From the sequence record MK639187: a stretch of 64,000 nt of DNA; one strand, written 5' to 3'. The stretch comes from Shigella phage SSE1. The notes beneath the pieces were generated by a model. That model did not search any database. It saw nothing but the letters and a program-made list of their open reading frames with translations, and had not been told where the DNA came from. This document shows, one piece after another, positions 29,177 to 40,910 of the stretch. Numbering within the stretch: position 1 is the stretch's first letter; every line of letters begins with the position of its first letter. Made by a program: the position numbers and the translations under genes.

Positions 29177-29581
29177 ATGGAAATCGGAAAATCTTATATC
29201 ATTAACCCTTTATTTAAAGATGACTTTGTTCAAGAAGCACCACACAATAACGCTAAGATGTTAAAATTGATTGAACTCCACGGGCCTAGTTTTGTTGTAA
29301 ACGGAATGGAACCTGATTATGATAGCGATACGTCAAACGTAGTAAGTGTAACTATGGAAGATGGTACTGTATGTTCTGCCGGTGGTGAAATTGAAACTTA
29401 TTTTGAGATTTATCCTGACGAGTTCAAATACTTTATTGAGTACTTTACTGAGGTAACTTTAGAAAAGCCTCAACCTACTAACGAAGGTATACCTTTAGGT
29501 GTAACAAAAATCCATTGTATCGTAGATGAAACCAACGTCGACGAAATCATCAAACTTTTGCAAAAAACTTTTAAAAAGTAG
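29177..29581 (+). CDS. hypothetical protein (frd.3 position)
   Basis: 134-aa ORF with AGGAAA spacer. Confidence 0.5.
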   Translation: MEIGKSYIINPLFKDDFVQEAPHNNAKMLKLIELHGPSFVVNGMEPDYDSDTSNVVSVTMEDGTVCSAGGEIETYFEIYPDEFKYFIEYFTEVTLEKPQPTNEGIPLGVTKIHCIVDETNVDEIIKLLQKTFKK

Positions 29582-29618
29582 TGTACAATCAGATAGGGTT
29601 ATGTTATAGTAGCCCTAT
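29582..29618 (+). promoter_or_regulatory. early promoter (TGTACAA, TATAGT) with inverted repeat around the -10
   Basis: TATAGT 29605-29610; ATAGGGTTA pairs with TAGCCCTAT (8 of 9). Confidence 0.5.
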
Positions 29619-29645
29619 CAAATCAAAAGTGAAGCGGAGAATAAA

Positions 29646-29894
29646 ATGAGATTGCAACGCCAGAGCATCAAAGATTCGGAAGTTAGAGGTAAATGGTACT
29701 TCAACATCGTCGGTAAAGACGCTGAACTCCTTGAACAAGCTGAAGAAGCTTTACGAGAAATGGGTTGGAACGAAGAATGTGATGGATGTCCACTCTACGA
29801 AGATGGTGAAAGTGCAGGATTCTGGATTTATCATTCTGACGTCGATCAGTTTAAAGCTGATTGGAAAGTTGTTAAGAAAAATCTGAGGAAATAA
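29646..29894 (+). CDS. hypothetical protein
   Basis: 82-aa ORF. Confidence 0.45.
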   Translation: MRLQRQSIKDSEVRGKWYFNIVGKDAELLEQAEEALREMGWNEECDGCPLYEDGESAGFWIYHSDVDQFKADWKVVKKNLRK

Positions 29895-29896
29895 TT

Positions 29897-30145
29897 ATGA
29901 ATGTTGTTGTTGAATACTCTCAAGGCGCTGATGTCGGATATGAAGTTTATACTTCAGTTAATTTAGACCATCCGGATTTGGCCGAATTCATTGGCGACGC
30001 ATTTGATTTGTCTGGGCGATACACAACAAAACCTCGCGTTTGTGTTATAACATTTGACCCGACCGACGGCTGTCAAATCCAGACTGATTTGGTTTCTTCT
30101 AAATCACAAATCCAAAAAGTTATTAAAGGACTTAAAAATGCTTAA
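29897..30145 (+). CDS. hypothetical protein
   Basis: 82-aa ORF; its stop overlaps the frd start. Confidence 0.45.
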   Translation: MNVVVEYSQGADVGYEVYTSVNLDHPDLAEFIGDAFDLSGRYTTKPRVCVITFDPTDGCQIQTDLVSSKSQIQKVIKGLKNA

Positions 30146-30725
30146 ATTAGTATTCGCATGTGCTCCGACTAAAACAGTTGATGATAAGCTGGAATATGCT
30201 TTTGGATTAGGTGATGGACTTCCATGGAAGCATATCAAACAAGATATGAGTAACTTTGTTGCTCGCACTAAAAACACTGTAATGGTTATGGGTGCTAAGA
30301 CTTTTGCATCATTACCTCGTCTACTCCAAGACCGTACTCATGTGGTTGTCACTGATATGGCCAGAAAACTGCCTAGGACTAAAACCAACGAACTTGCACG
30401 GTTCTATATCACCCAATCTGAATTTATTACCTTGGTAACAGGTGGTGAAATTAACCTGTTTAGCCCTGCAACTGACGTACCGTTTAAACTTTCTACTGAA
30501 CATGTTGATGTCTCGGTTATTGGTGGTCCTGCTTTATTAAAACAAGCACTGCCTTATGCCGATGAAATCGTGATGACTAAAATCATTAAGAAATGTCGTG
30601 TTAATTCCGATGTTCAACTTGATAAAGATTTCGTCCAAGATATTATGCTTCAACGTTCTATGGTAGAATCTCATTACTACAGAATCGATGAACTCACCGA
30701 AATTACTGAGAGCGTTTATAAATGA
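30138..30725 (+). CDS. frd: dihydrofolate reductase
   Basis: 195 aa from the internal ATG at 30138 (MLKLVFACAPTKTVDD...FGLGDGLPW...VMGAKTF...VIGGPALL); DHFR motifs; T4 frd is 193 aa. Confidence 0.88.
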   Translation: MLKLVFACAPTKTVDDKLEYAFGLGDGLPWKHIKQDMSNFVARTKNTVMVMGAKTFASLPRLLQDRTHVVVTDMARKLPRTKTNELARFYITQSEFITLVTGGEINLFSPATDVPFKLSTEHVDVSVIGGPALLKQALPYADEIVMTKIIKKCRVNSDVQLDKDFVQDIMLQRSMVESHYYRIDELTEITESVYK

Positions 30726-31582
30726 AACAATACCAATACCTGATTAAAGATATCTTAGAAAATGGCTACGAAACAGACGACCGTACAGGTACAGGCACTA
30801 TTGCCCTGTTCGGAACTAAATTGCGATGGGATCTGACTAAAGGATTCCCTGCGGTAACAACTAAGAAATTAGCATGGAAAGCTTGTATTGCCGAGTTACT
30901 GTGGTTCATGTCTGGTTCTACCAATGTTAATGATTTACGTATTCGTACTCATGGTAGTCTTATTCAAGGTAAAACTATTTGGGACGACAACTATGAAAAT
31001 CAGGCAAAAGACCTTGGATATCATAGCGGCGAACTTGGTCCTATTTATGGTAAGCAATGGCGTGATTTTGGCGGTGTAGACCAATTGGTCAAAACTATCG
31101 ACCGCATTAAAGCTCTTCCTAATGATCGTCGTCAAATAGTTTCTGCATGGAACCCAGCCGAAATTGACCAAATGGCTCTTCCTCCTTGTCATATGTTCTA
31201 TCAATTTAATGTGCGTAATGGGCATCTTGATTTACAATGGTATCAACGCAGTGTAGATGTTTTCTTGGGTCTGCCGTTCAACATTGCCTCGTACGCTGCC
31301 TTGACGCATATTGTAGCGAAGATGTGTAACCTTATCCCAGGTGATTTAGTGTTCTCAGGCGGCAACACGCATATCTACAGCAATCATGTAGAACAATGCA
31401 AAGAAGTTCTTCGTCGTGAACCTAAAGAGTTATGTTCTCTTGAAATTAATTGGCCTAGTAATTTTGAGAATTGGCCTACAAAAATCCAAATGGACTGGGT
31501 TACTGGAACGATGACACATTCTGATTTCATTCTTAAAAATTACGAATCACATCCAGCTATCAAAGCTAAAATGGCGGTATAA
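30722..31582 (+). CDS. td: thymidylate synthase, uninterrupted
   Basis: 286 aa continuous ORF with catalytic ...ALPPCHMFYQF... motif; no intron interruption. Confidence 0.93.
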   Translation: MKQYQYLIKDILENGYETDDRTGTGTIALFGTKLRWDLTKGFPAVTTKKLAWKACIAELLWFMSGSTNVNDLRIRTHGSLIQGKTIWDDNYENQAKDLGYHSGELGPIYGKQWRDFGGVDQLVKTIDRIKALPNDRRQIVSAWNPAEIDQMALPPCHMFYQFNVRNGHLDLQWYQRSVDVFLGLPFNIASYAALTHIVAKMCNLIPGDLVFSGGNTHIYSNHVEQCKEVLRREPKELCSLEINWPSNFENWPTKIQMDWVTGTMTHSDFILKNYESHPAIKAKMAV

Positions 31583-31583
31583 A

Positions 31584-31838
31584 ATGATTTTACGTTTTAT
31601 TAATTCATATGGCACCACAATTTTTGAAATGAAAAATCCTACCGAACTGGATATCCCTTCGCCGAATAGTGAAATCACAGTTAAAGGTGAACGATTCATT
31701 TGCTATTCACACGAACGAATTTATGACTATCGTGAATTTTGTGGTGGTTATGGTATAGAAAAAGAACCGTTGGTTTATTTCGATATCACGGTCTTGACTC
31801 CTAAAGAATATGAAGAAATTATTGCTGAGGATAATTAA
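31584..31838 (+). CDS. hypothetical small protein
   Basis: 84-aa ORF starting 2 nt after the td stop. Confidence 0.4.
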   Translation: MILRFINSYGTTIFEMKNPTELDIPSPNSEITVKGERFICYSHERIYDYREFCGGYGIEKEPLVYFDITVLTPKEYEEIIAEDN

Positions 31839-31867
31839 CGCTTCAGTTTAAAAGTGTATAATAAATT

Positions 31868-31890
31868 AACGGGATAAATACTATCCCGTT
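31868..31890. promoter_or_regulatory. inverted repeat AACGGGATA / TATCCCGTT around a TACTAT element, upstream of the HNH gene
   Basis: 9-bp perfect arms separated by 5 bp. Confidence 0.4.
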
Positions 31891-31913
31891 GATACTACAA
31901 AGTGGATTATATT

Positions 31914-32549
31914 ATGGATTATTTAAAAATATATAAAAACTTGGTAAATAAAGAAAGAAATTTTGAAGATATAGATGGTGAATGGCATCATATAATCCCA
32001 AAATGTTTAGGTGGCACCGATGAGTCATACAATCTAGTTAAATTAACATATTCAGAACATTATTTGGCTCATCTTCTTTTATTAAAAATATATCCGAACA
32101 ATTTAGGTTTAGCAACCGCGGTTAATTTAATGAGTTCTAGAAATAATAAAGAATTTGGATGGGCTAGAGCAAAAATGGTTGATTTGCTTAAAGGGCGAAA
32201 ATTAGACCAAAAAACAAAAGATAAAATATCTCGTTCCAAACTAGGACATGTTAAATCTGAAGAGACTAAAGAAAAGATACGAAATTCTTTATTAGGTAAA
32301 AAACGTGGACAATACAATATAAAAATTAAATCAAAAATTTCTAAAGGAGTCCCATTAAAAGAATCAACTAAGCAAGCTATTTCTAATGCTATGATAGGAG
32401 CTAAGAATCCATTTGCAAAGAAAGTAATTATAAACGACGTAATATATGATACATTAAATGAAGCGTCAATAGCTTTATCTATGAGCACCCAAACGGTTAG
32501 ACGCCGTCTAAAATCATCAAATTATCCAACATGGAATTATTATGTATAA
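31914..32549 (+). CDS. HNH homing endonuclease (MobE-like, free-standing)
   Basis: About 211 aa from the ATG at 31914; EWHHIIPKCLGGTDESYNLVKLTYSEHYLAH (HNH motif) plus NUMOD-like repeats and C-terminal helix-turn-helix; stop overlaps the nrdA start. Confidence 0.75.
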   Translation: MDYLKIYKNLVNKERNFEDIDGEWHHIIPKCLGGTDESYNLVKLTYSEHYLAHLLLLKIYPNNLGLATAVNLMSSRNNKEFGWARAKMVDLLKGRKLDQKTKDKISRSKLGHVKSEETKEKIRNSLLGKKRGQYNIKIKSKISKGVPLKESTKQAISNAMIGAKNPFAKKVIINDVIYDTLNEASIALSMSTQTVRRRLKSSNYPTWNYYV

Positions 32550-34806
32550 TTTTAAAGTAGTGAAAAATTCAGGTGTATCCCAAAATTTTGATGCACAGAA
32601 AATTATTCAAGTATTAACTTGGCAATGTGAAGGAACACAAATCGACCCATATGAATTGTATGAAGAAATTAAGACCCATCTTGTCGATGGGATGAGCACC
32701 AAAGATATTCAGAAGATTTGTATTAAAGTTGCAGCTAACTCGATTTCTGTCGAAGAACCTGATTATCAATATGTCGCCGCTAAAGGATTAATGTTTGCAC
32801 TTCGTAAAGATGTATATGGACAGTTTGAACCGCCTGCTTTTATCGACCATATTTCTTATTGTGTTAATGAAGGCAAATACGATCCCGAGTTGTTGTCTAG
32901 ATATTCTGCAGAAGAAATCATTTATCTTGATTCTCAGATTAAACACGAGCGAGATTTTGACCTGACTTATGCTGGTGCTATGCAGCTTAAAGAAAAATAC
33001 TTGGTTAAAGATAAAACAACTGGTAAGATTTATGAAACTCCCCAGTTTGCTATCATGGCTATTGGTATGGCCTTACATCAAGACGAAACTCATGACCGTT
33101 TGAAACATATTATTCGTTTTTATGATGCCGTTTCTACTCATCAAGTTTCATTGCCTACTCCAATTATGGCAGGTGCTCGTACTCCGACTCGCCAGTTCTC
33201 TAGTTGTGTAGTTATTGAAGCCGGTGATTCGTTAAAATCTATTAACAAAACTTCAGCATCAATTATTGAATATATTTCTAAACGAGCTGGTATCGGTATC
33301 AACGTTGGCATGCTTCGTGCAGAAGGTTCTAAGATCGGTATGGGTGAAGTTCGACATACAGGTGTTATTCCATTCTGGAAACATTTCCAAACTGCAGTAA
33401 AATCTTGTTCTCAAGGTGGTATTCGTGGTGGTGCTGCTACAGCGTATTATCCGATGTGGCACTTAGAAGTAGAGAACCTATTAGTTCTGAAAAATAACAA
33501 AGGCGTGGATGAAAACCGTATTCGACATATGGACTACGGAATTCAGATTAATGACCTTATGATGGAACGCCTTGGTAAAAATGATTATATTACTTTATTT
33601 AGCCCTCACGAAATGTCAGGCGAACTATACTACTCGTTCTTTGAAGATCAAGATAAATTCCGTGAGCTTTATGAGAAAGCTGAAAAAGACCCAACAATCA
33701 GAAAGAAAAGAATCAAAGCACTAGAACTCTTTGAATTGTTCATGACTGAACGTTCTGGCACTGCTCGAATTTATCCGCAGTTTGTTGATAACACGAATAA
33801 CTACACTCCATTTATTCGTGAAAAAGCTCCAATTCGTCAAAGTAACTTATGTTGTGAAATCGCTATTCCAACTAATGATGTGAATGGACCTGACGCTGAA
33901 ATCGGTTTATGCACATTATCTGCTTTTGTATTAGATAAATTTGATTGGCAAGACCAAGATAAAATTAATGAACTTGCTGAAGTACAAGTACGTGCACTTG
34001 ATAACCTGTTAGACTATCAAGATTATCCGGTTCCAGAAGCTTTAAAAGCTAAAAAGCGTCGAAACCTCGGTGTCGGTGTGACGAACTATGCTGCATGGTT
34101 AGCTTCTAACTTTGCTTCATATGAAGACGCTAACGATTTGACTCATGAATTGTTTGAGAGATTGCAATATGGCCTTATCAAAGCTTCAATCAAACTCGCC
34201 AAAGAAAAAGGACCTTGTGAGTATTATTCAGACACTAAATGGTCTAGAGGCGAATTACCTATCGACTGGTACAATAAAAAGATTGACCAAATCGCAGCCC
34301 CGAACTACGTCTGTGACTGGGAAGAACTTCGAGCTGAACTCAAAGAACATGGAATTCGTAACTCAACGTTGTCTGCACTCATGCCTTGTGAGTCAAGCAG
34401 TCAAGTATCGAACTCTACAAACGGGATTGAGCCTCCGCGCGGTCCAGTAAGTATTAAAGAATCTAAAGAAGGCAACTTCCGACAGGTTGTTCCTAATATC
34501 GAACATAACATGAGTCTTTACGACTACGCGTGGAAACTTGCTAAGAAAGGTAATAAACCTTATTTGACCCAAGTTGCTATCATGTTGAAATGGGTGTGCC
34601 AATCTGCTTCTGCTAATACTTACTATGACCCTGCAGTATTTGAGAAAGGTAAAGTGCCAATGTCAGTAATGCTTGACGATCTGCTTTACTTCTGGTACTT
34701 TGGCGGAAAAAACCTCTACTATCATAACACTCGTGATGGGTCGGGTACAGATGACTATGAATTAGAAACACCTAAAGCTGAAGATTGTTCTGCTTGTAAG
34801 CTTTAA
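32542..34806 (+). CDS. nrdA: ribonucleotide reductase large subunit
   Basis: 754 aa, same length as T4 NrdA; class Ia motifs ...NLCCEIAIPT... and C-terminal CSACKL. Confidence 0.95.
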   Translation: MYNFKVVKNSGVSQNFDAQKIIQVLTWQCEGTQIDPYELYEEIKTHLVDGMSTKDIQKICIKVAANSISVEEPDYQYVAAKGLMFALRKDVYGQFEPPAFIDHISYCVNEGKYDPELLSRYSAEEIIYLDSQIKHERDFDLTYAGAMQLKEKYLVKDKTTGKIYETPQFAIMAIGMALHQDETHDRLKHIIRFYDAVSTHQVSLPTPIMAGARTPTRQFSSCVVIEAGDSLKSINKTSASIIEYISKRAGIGINVGMLRAEGSKIGMGEVRHTGVIPFWKHFQTAVKSCSQGGIRGGAATAYYPMWHLEVENLLVLKNNKGVDENRIRHMDYGIQINDLMMERLGKNDYITLFSPHEMSGELYYSFFEDQDKFRELYEKAEKDPTIRKKRIKALELFELFMTERSGTARIYPQFVDNTNNYTPFIREKAPIRQSNLCCEIAIPTNDVNGPDAEIGLCTLSAFVLDKFDWQDQDKINELAEVQVRALDNLLDYQDYPVPEALKAKKRRNLGVGVTNYAAWLASNFASYEDANDLTHELFERLQYGLIKASIKLAKEKGPCEYYSDTKWSRGELPIDWYNKKIDQIAAPNYVCDWEELRAELKEHGIRNSTLSALMPCESSSQVSNSTNGIEPPRGPVSIKESKEGNFRQVVPNIEHNMSLYDYAWKLAKKGNKPYLTQVAIMLKWVCQSASANTYYDPAVFEKGKVPMSVMLDDLLYFWYFGGKNLYYHNTRDGSGTDDYELETPKAEDCSACKL

Positions 34807-34858
34807 GACTTTTGATTATAATTTACTCATGGATGAGTTAAACTAAGTGAGAAATATA

Positions 34859-36037
34859 ATGAGTACAGTTTTTAACACACAACAAGTCGATGTTTTGAAT
34901 GAACCGATGTTCTTTGGTTCTGGTCTTGGTATTGCGCGTTATGATATTCAACGCCATAAAGTTTTTGAAGATTTGACCGAAAAGCAATTGTCATTTTTCT
35001 GGCGCCCCGAAGAGGTAAACTTGATGTTGGACTCTGCGCAGTTCAATAAGCTTCCTCAGTTCCAACAGGACATCTTTACAAACAATCTTAAGTATCAATC
35101 ATTATTAGATTCTATCCAAGGCAGGGCCCCATCTGCGGTACTTATGGCACTGATTTCTGACCCTTCATTAGATACATGGGTTGCAACATGGACTTTCAGT
35201 GAAACTATTCACTCTCGTTCGTATACTCATATTATGCGAAATCTTTATACAGACCCATCTAAGGTATTTGATGAGATTGTATTAGACGAAGCAATCATGA
35301 AACGAGCTGAATCAATAGGTAAATATTACGATGATGTTCTGATTAAAACCCGCGAATGGGAAAATGCTAAAGAAATTTTTAAATGTTTTTCCGAAAATGA
35401 ATATGATTTAGATGCATATTCAAATAGTCTTATGCACATGGAAGAATGTAAACATGACCTAATGAAGTCTCTTTATCTCTGTTTGCATGTTATCAACGCC
35501 TTAGAAGCTATTCGTTTTTACGTATCATTTGCATGTACTTTCAACTTCCATAAAAATATGGAAATTATGGAAGGTAATGCAAAGATTATGAAGTTCATTG
35601 CTCGTGACGAACAACTCCACCTCAAGGGTACTCAGTACATTATCCGTCAACTTCAATCTGGTACTGATGGTGATGAGTGGGTTCAAATTGCTAAAGAATG
35701 CGAACAAGAAGCAGTTGATATTTTTATGGAAGTAAATAGACAAGAGAAGGAATGGGCTGCACACCTCTTTAAAGACGGTACATGTCCAGGTATCAATACG
35801 CAGAGTATGTGTGCTTTTGTCGATTACTTGACTGTGTCTCGTATGAAACAGTGTGGTTTGCCATGCCCAATCACCGATGCTCCGACCAAGCATCCGTATC
35901 CTTGGATTCGTGAATATCTGAACTCTGATTTAGTTCAAGCAGCTCCTCAGGAAGTTGAAATCAGTTCTTATCTTGTCGCACAAATTGATAATGATGTAGA
36001 CCAAAATGTAATCAATTCATACAAAAAATATTTCTAA
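34859..36037 (+). CDS. nrdB: ribonucleotide reductase small subunit, uninterrupted
   Basis: 392 aa from the ATG at 34859 (MSTVFNTQQVDVLNEP...); di-iron/tyrosyl radical motifs; continuous ORF, no intron. Confidence 0.93.
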   Translation: MSTVFNTQQVDVLNEPMFFGSGLGIARYDIQRHKVFEDLTEKQLSFFWRPEEVNLMLDSAQFNKLPQFQQDIFTNNLKYQSLLDSIQGRAPSAVLMALISDPSLDTWVATWTFSETIHSRSYTHIMRNLYTDPSKVFDEIVLDEAIMKRAESIGKYYDDVLIKTREWENAKEIFKCFSENEYDLDAYSNSLMHMEECKHDLMKSLYLCLHVINALEAIRFYVSFACTFNFHKNMEIMEGNAKIMKFIARDEQLHLKGTQYIIRQLQSGTDGDEWVQIAKECEQEAVDIFMEVNRQEKEWAAHLFKDGTCPGINTQSMCAFVDYLTVSRMKQCGLPCPITDAPTKHPYPWIREYLNSDLVQAAPQEVEISSYLVAQIDNDVDQNVINSYKKYF

Positions 36038-36041
36038 GGAC

Positions 36042-36060
36042 GGGACTTCGGTCCCACTTT
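36042..36060 (+). terminator. UUCG-loop hairpin after nrdB
   Basis: GGGACTTCGGTCCC followed by ACTTTATT (weak T-run). Confidence 0.45.
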
Positions 36061-36063
36061 ATT

Positions 36064-36474
36064 ATGAAAGATATTGCCGCCGAATATTCCTTTATTAAAT
36101 ATACAGAATTGGAGCTATTAGAAGATGCAACAATTAAAACAGTTGATGTCCCTAATAAGAAAAATGTCATATACGCTATTGCTATAGATGACGAACTTGT
36201 GTATATTGGTAAAACCAAGAATTTAAAGAAACGCATTAACTATTATCGAACAGCCATAAATCGAAAAGACCAGACTTCAGATTCAAGAAAATCACTTATG
36301 ATTTTGGATGCCTTAATGCAAGGCAAAAAGGTTGAATTCTGGGCCCGCCAATGTTTTGACCTTTCAGTCACCAACGAACTTGGTTCAATGACCATCGCAA
36401 CAATGGACCTTGAAGAACCACTTTTTATCAAAAAGTTCAACCCGCCTTGGAATATCCAACATAAGAAAAAGTAG
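36064..36474 (+). CDS. denA: endonuclease II
   Basis: 136 aa; MKDIAAEYSFIKYTELEL...VIYAIAIDDELVYIGKTKNLKKRINYYRT (GIY-YIG-like core) ...FNPPWNIQHKKK; matches recalled T4 DenA (136 aa). Confidence 0.9.
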   Translation: MKDIAAEYSFIKYTELELLEDATIKTVDVPNKKNVIYAIAIDDELVYIGKTKNLKKRINYYRTAINRKDQTSDSRKSLMILDALMQGKKVEFWARQCFDLSVTNELGSMTIATMDLEEPLFIKKFNPPWNIQHKKK

Positions 36475-36503
36475 TTTACATACCACAAGGATTGTGGTAC
36501 AAT
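36474..36503 (+). promoter_or_regulatory. early promoter (GTTTACA, TACAAT) with CCACAA/TTGTGG inverted repeat
   Basis: 18-bp spacing; 6-bp inverted repeat immediately 5' of the -10. Confidence 0.5.
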
Positions 36504-36520
36504 TTAAAAAAACTAACTGA

Positions 36521-37654
<1,134 letters not shown>

Positions 37655-37656
37655 TG

Positions 37657-37686
37657 GTTTACAAACACCAAGGAAGGTGTTACTAT
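37657..37686 (+). promoter_or_regulatory. early promoter (GTTTACA, TACTAT)
   Basis: 18-bp spacing; ACACC/GGTGT inverted repeat between the elements. Confidence 0.5.
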
Positions 37687-37716
37687 GGCTTTTATCAATA
37701 ACACGAGGAGAAAATT

Positions 37717-38217
37717 ATGAATATGCAATTGATTACTAATGATATGGTCGTAACCGCTTTTGGAGACACAACTGACGGAATCCGAGTCTTTAAGAAAGGA
37801 CGTCCAGTTGGTTATCTTACTGACCTACGTGTTACACTGGCCAAAAATCTTAAAAAGAAAGTAAAACAAAAAGAGTATTCCACCCGATACGCTGAAGAGA
37901 AACGCGAAGCGATGCCGGAAGCAGTTAATGCTATGGTAGAATTTCTTCAAAACAATTTGTCTAAATACGACGCTAACGTGTTCATTAATATTAGTCAACC
38001 AAATGTACATATCGCAGGTATAAAATTCTACATTATTTGCGACCCTCTTACCGACAAATTCAACCGCCTCGGAATTTCAAGTCCATATCATACAGCAGAA
38101 GAGTTGTGTGTATTGTTTGAATCGTACAAAATCCAGTGCGATGGTTTGAAAACCGTTCTTATCAATGGACTGTCCCGAGATGAAATCATTGAGATTATTA
38201 AAACATGCTTAAAGTAA
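37717..38217 (+). CDS. alc: probable Alc (inhibitor of host transcription), assigned by position and length
   Basis: 166 aa directly downstream of rnlA; T4 Alc is 167 aa; sequence identity not verified. Confidence 0.5.
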   Translation: MNMQLITNDMVVTAFGDTTDGIRVFKKGRPVGYLTDLRVTLAKNLKKKVKQKEYSTRYAEEKREAMPEAVNAMVEFLQNNLSKYDANVFINISQPNVHIAGIKFYIICDPLTDKFNRLGISSPYHTAEELCVLFESYKIQCDGLKTVLINGLSRDEIIEIIKTCLK

Positions 38218-38561
38218 ATCCGATTTATGCTATAGTAACAGCTTTTGCTCTAGTTTCTACTATAACAATAGTTGTCTTAAACAACAAAGTTGATTCGTTG
38301 AATACTGAATTAGCTTCTGTCAAAAAGACCGCTAAAAACAATGCTAAAGTATTAGACGACTTCAAAGCTCAATATCAGTCAATCGAAGAAATGACTTATA
38401 AGAATCGTGTTTTAGTTGACCAACTTAAGGCCGAAAATGAAAAGCTCCGTAAGGATTCGAAGAAGAAGAACGTGGTGGCAAGTAAACCAGGATTGGTCGA
38501 AAAACAAATCAACAAGTCCTTCGATTCCTTTGCAGAAGACCTCAGGAAGCTCTCAGAATGA
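38205..38561 (+). CDS. inner-membrane spanin (i-spanin, Rz-like)
   Basis: 118 aa; N-terminal TM helix (IYAIVTAFALVSTITIVVL) followed by coiled-coil periplasmic domain. Confidence 0.65.
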   Translation: MLKVNPIYAIVTAFALVSTITIVVLNNKVDSLNTELASVKKTAKNNAKVLDDFKAQYQSIEEMTYKNRVLVDQLKAENEKLRKDSKKKNVVASKPGLVEKQINKSFDSFAEDLRKLSE

Positions 38562-38848
38562 TTAAATTAACCGCAGTTGTATTATCTATTAGTATTTTGG
38601 CTGGATGTGCCCAGGATGTGCCCTTAAGCCCTAAAGAAACTTTACATCCGCCATGGCCTGAATCTATTGTTGAATATAACCAGAAATGGCAAGTAAAGGT
38701 TATTGATGGTAATCCGTGGGTTGGAATGCCGTTTGAAGACTCTCAAGAATTTCGTATCTGGTTAAACGATGTAAAAAGATATGTACATGACCAGAAGACT
38801 ATGATATGTTATTATCGTAGTGGTTTAAAAGAGGAAAAATGCCAATGA
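38558..38848 (+). CDS. outer-membrane lipoprotein spanin (o-spanin, Rz1-like)
   Basis: 96 aa; signal peptide with lipobox LAGC; start overlaps the i-spanin stop (ATGA). Confidence 0.65.
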   Translation: MIKLTAVVLSISILAGCAQDVPLSPKETLHPPWPESIVEYNQKWQVKVIDGNPWVGMPFEDSQEFRIWLNDVKRYVHDQKTMICYYRSGLKEEKCQ

Positions 38849-39063
38849 CTAAAGAACAACATGAATACATTAAAGGGCTTATCTATGAATCTGAAATGGC
38901 GGCTATGATTTATGGACGCCAGATTCAACGATTAGAATCTTTGCCTCCGACTAATGACCGCTTGTTAGTTCAGTCTCGTGCTAATCTGAAAAATGAATAT
39001 CAGAATAAGTGGGCAGTAGCGACTAAAGCTCTTCACGAGTATATTGAATCTTTAGTAAAATAG
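38839..39063 (+). CDS. hypothetical small protein
   Basis: 74-aa ORF. Confidence 0.4.
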   Translation: MPMTKEQHEYIKGLIYESEMAAMIYGRQIQRLESLPPTNDRLLVQSRANLKNEYQNKWAVATKALHEYIESLVK

Positions 39064-39098
39064 TTTACAAACTCTCAGGAGCAGAGTATAATGCTCCT
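39063..39098 (+). promoter_or_regulatory. early promoter (GTTTACA, TATAAT) with perfect 7-bp inverted repeat around the -10
   Basis: AGGAGCA 39078-39084 and TGCTCCT 39092-39098 bracket TATAAT 39087-39092. Confidence 0.55.
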
Positions 39099-39120
39099 AT
39101 GGATAATTGAGGAAATCTAA

Positions 39121-39419
39121 ATGAAAACATTACTAGAGAATTACATCAAACGGTCTGATGAGTATATTGATATCTGTCGTGGAATGTCACTCGGCAATTA
39201 TGACAAAGATGCAGCAAAGGCACTAGATGAAGCAGGTAAAGCTCTTCGTAAAGCTGCTAAAGAAAAAGGGTTGGATTTGCAACAACTCAAAAGTCATATG
39301 ATTAAATTTATTTCTTCAAACGTTAGAAGTACGTCAATTAATAAAAACGTTGCTGAAATTAATAAAGACCGGCGCGAGCATAACATTCGTATTCTTGAAA
39401 TTTTCTTAGGAATAAAATA

Positions 39420-39420
<1 letters not shown>
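39121..39420 (+). CDS. hypothetical protein
   Basis: 99-aa ORF. Confidence 0.45.
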
Positions 39421-40506
<1,086 letters not shown>

Positions 40507-40507
<1 letters not shown>

Positions 40508-40698
40508 TGAAACGATTATATGAAGTGATTGAGGCCATCGAACAGCATAAAGAATATTTGTTTGTAGTATGGCCTTTAGTAAATGGACGGTTCGGTATTG
40601 ATGTGCTGGACTATGAACATGAAGAATGGTTGGACGGCGGTATATTTGATAACGTCGACCAGGCAATTGAATGGTTAAATGAAAACTATGTACGATAA
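40507..40698 (+). CDS. hypothetical small protein
   Basis: 63-aa ORF. Confidence 0.4.
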
Positions 40699-40903
40699 AC
40701 ATCATGAAATCGAAGATGAAGCATACAAAATGCTTCGTAAACTAGTGGGACTTAATATGAGTCCTACATTAATCAACAAACTCGCAGGAATTCGTAATGA
40801 TCTGAATACTCGTTACAAAGGTGAATATCATGTAGAGTTTGTTCCTGTAGGTGAACCGACCGAGCGATTTGTTGTTCGAGTTAAAGTAAATACTGTACAC
40901 TGA
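40679..40903 (+). CDS. hypothetical small protein
   Basis: 74-aa ORF. Confidence 0.4.
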   Translation: MKTMYDKHHEIEDEAYKMLRKLVGLNMSPTLINKLAGIRNDLNTRYKGEYHVEFVPVGEPTERFVVRVKVNTVH

Positions 40904-40910
40904 GGTAATT

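Noticed and set aside
30722-36037. Group I introns in td and nrdB, as in T4
   Set aside because: Both reading frames are continuous at full expected length, so there is no room for an intron.
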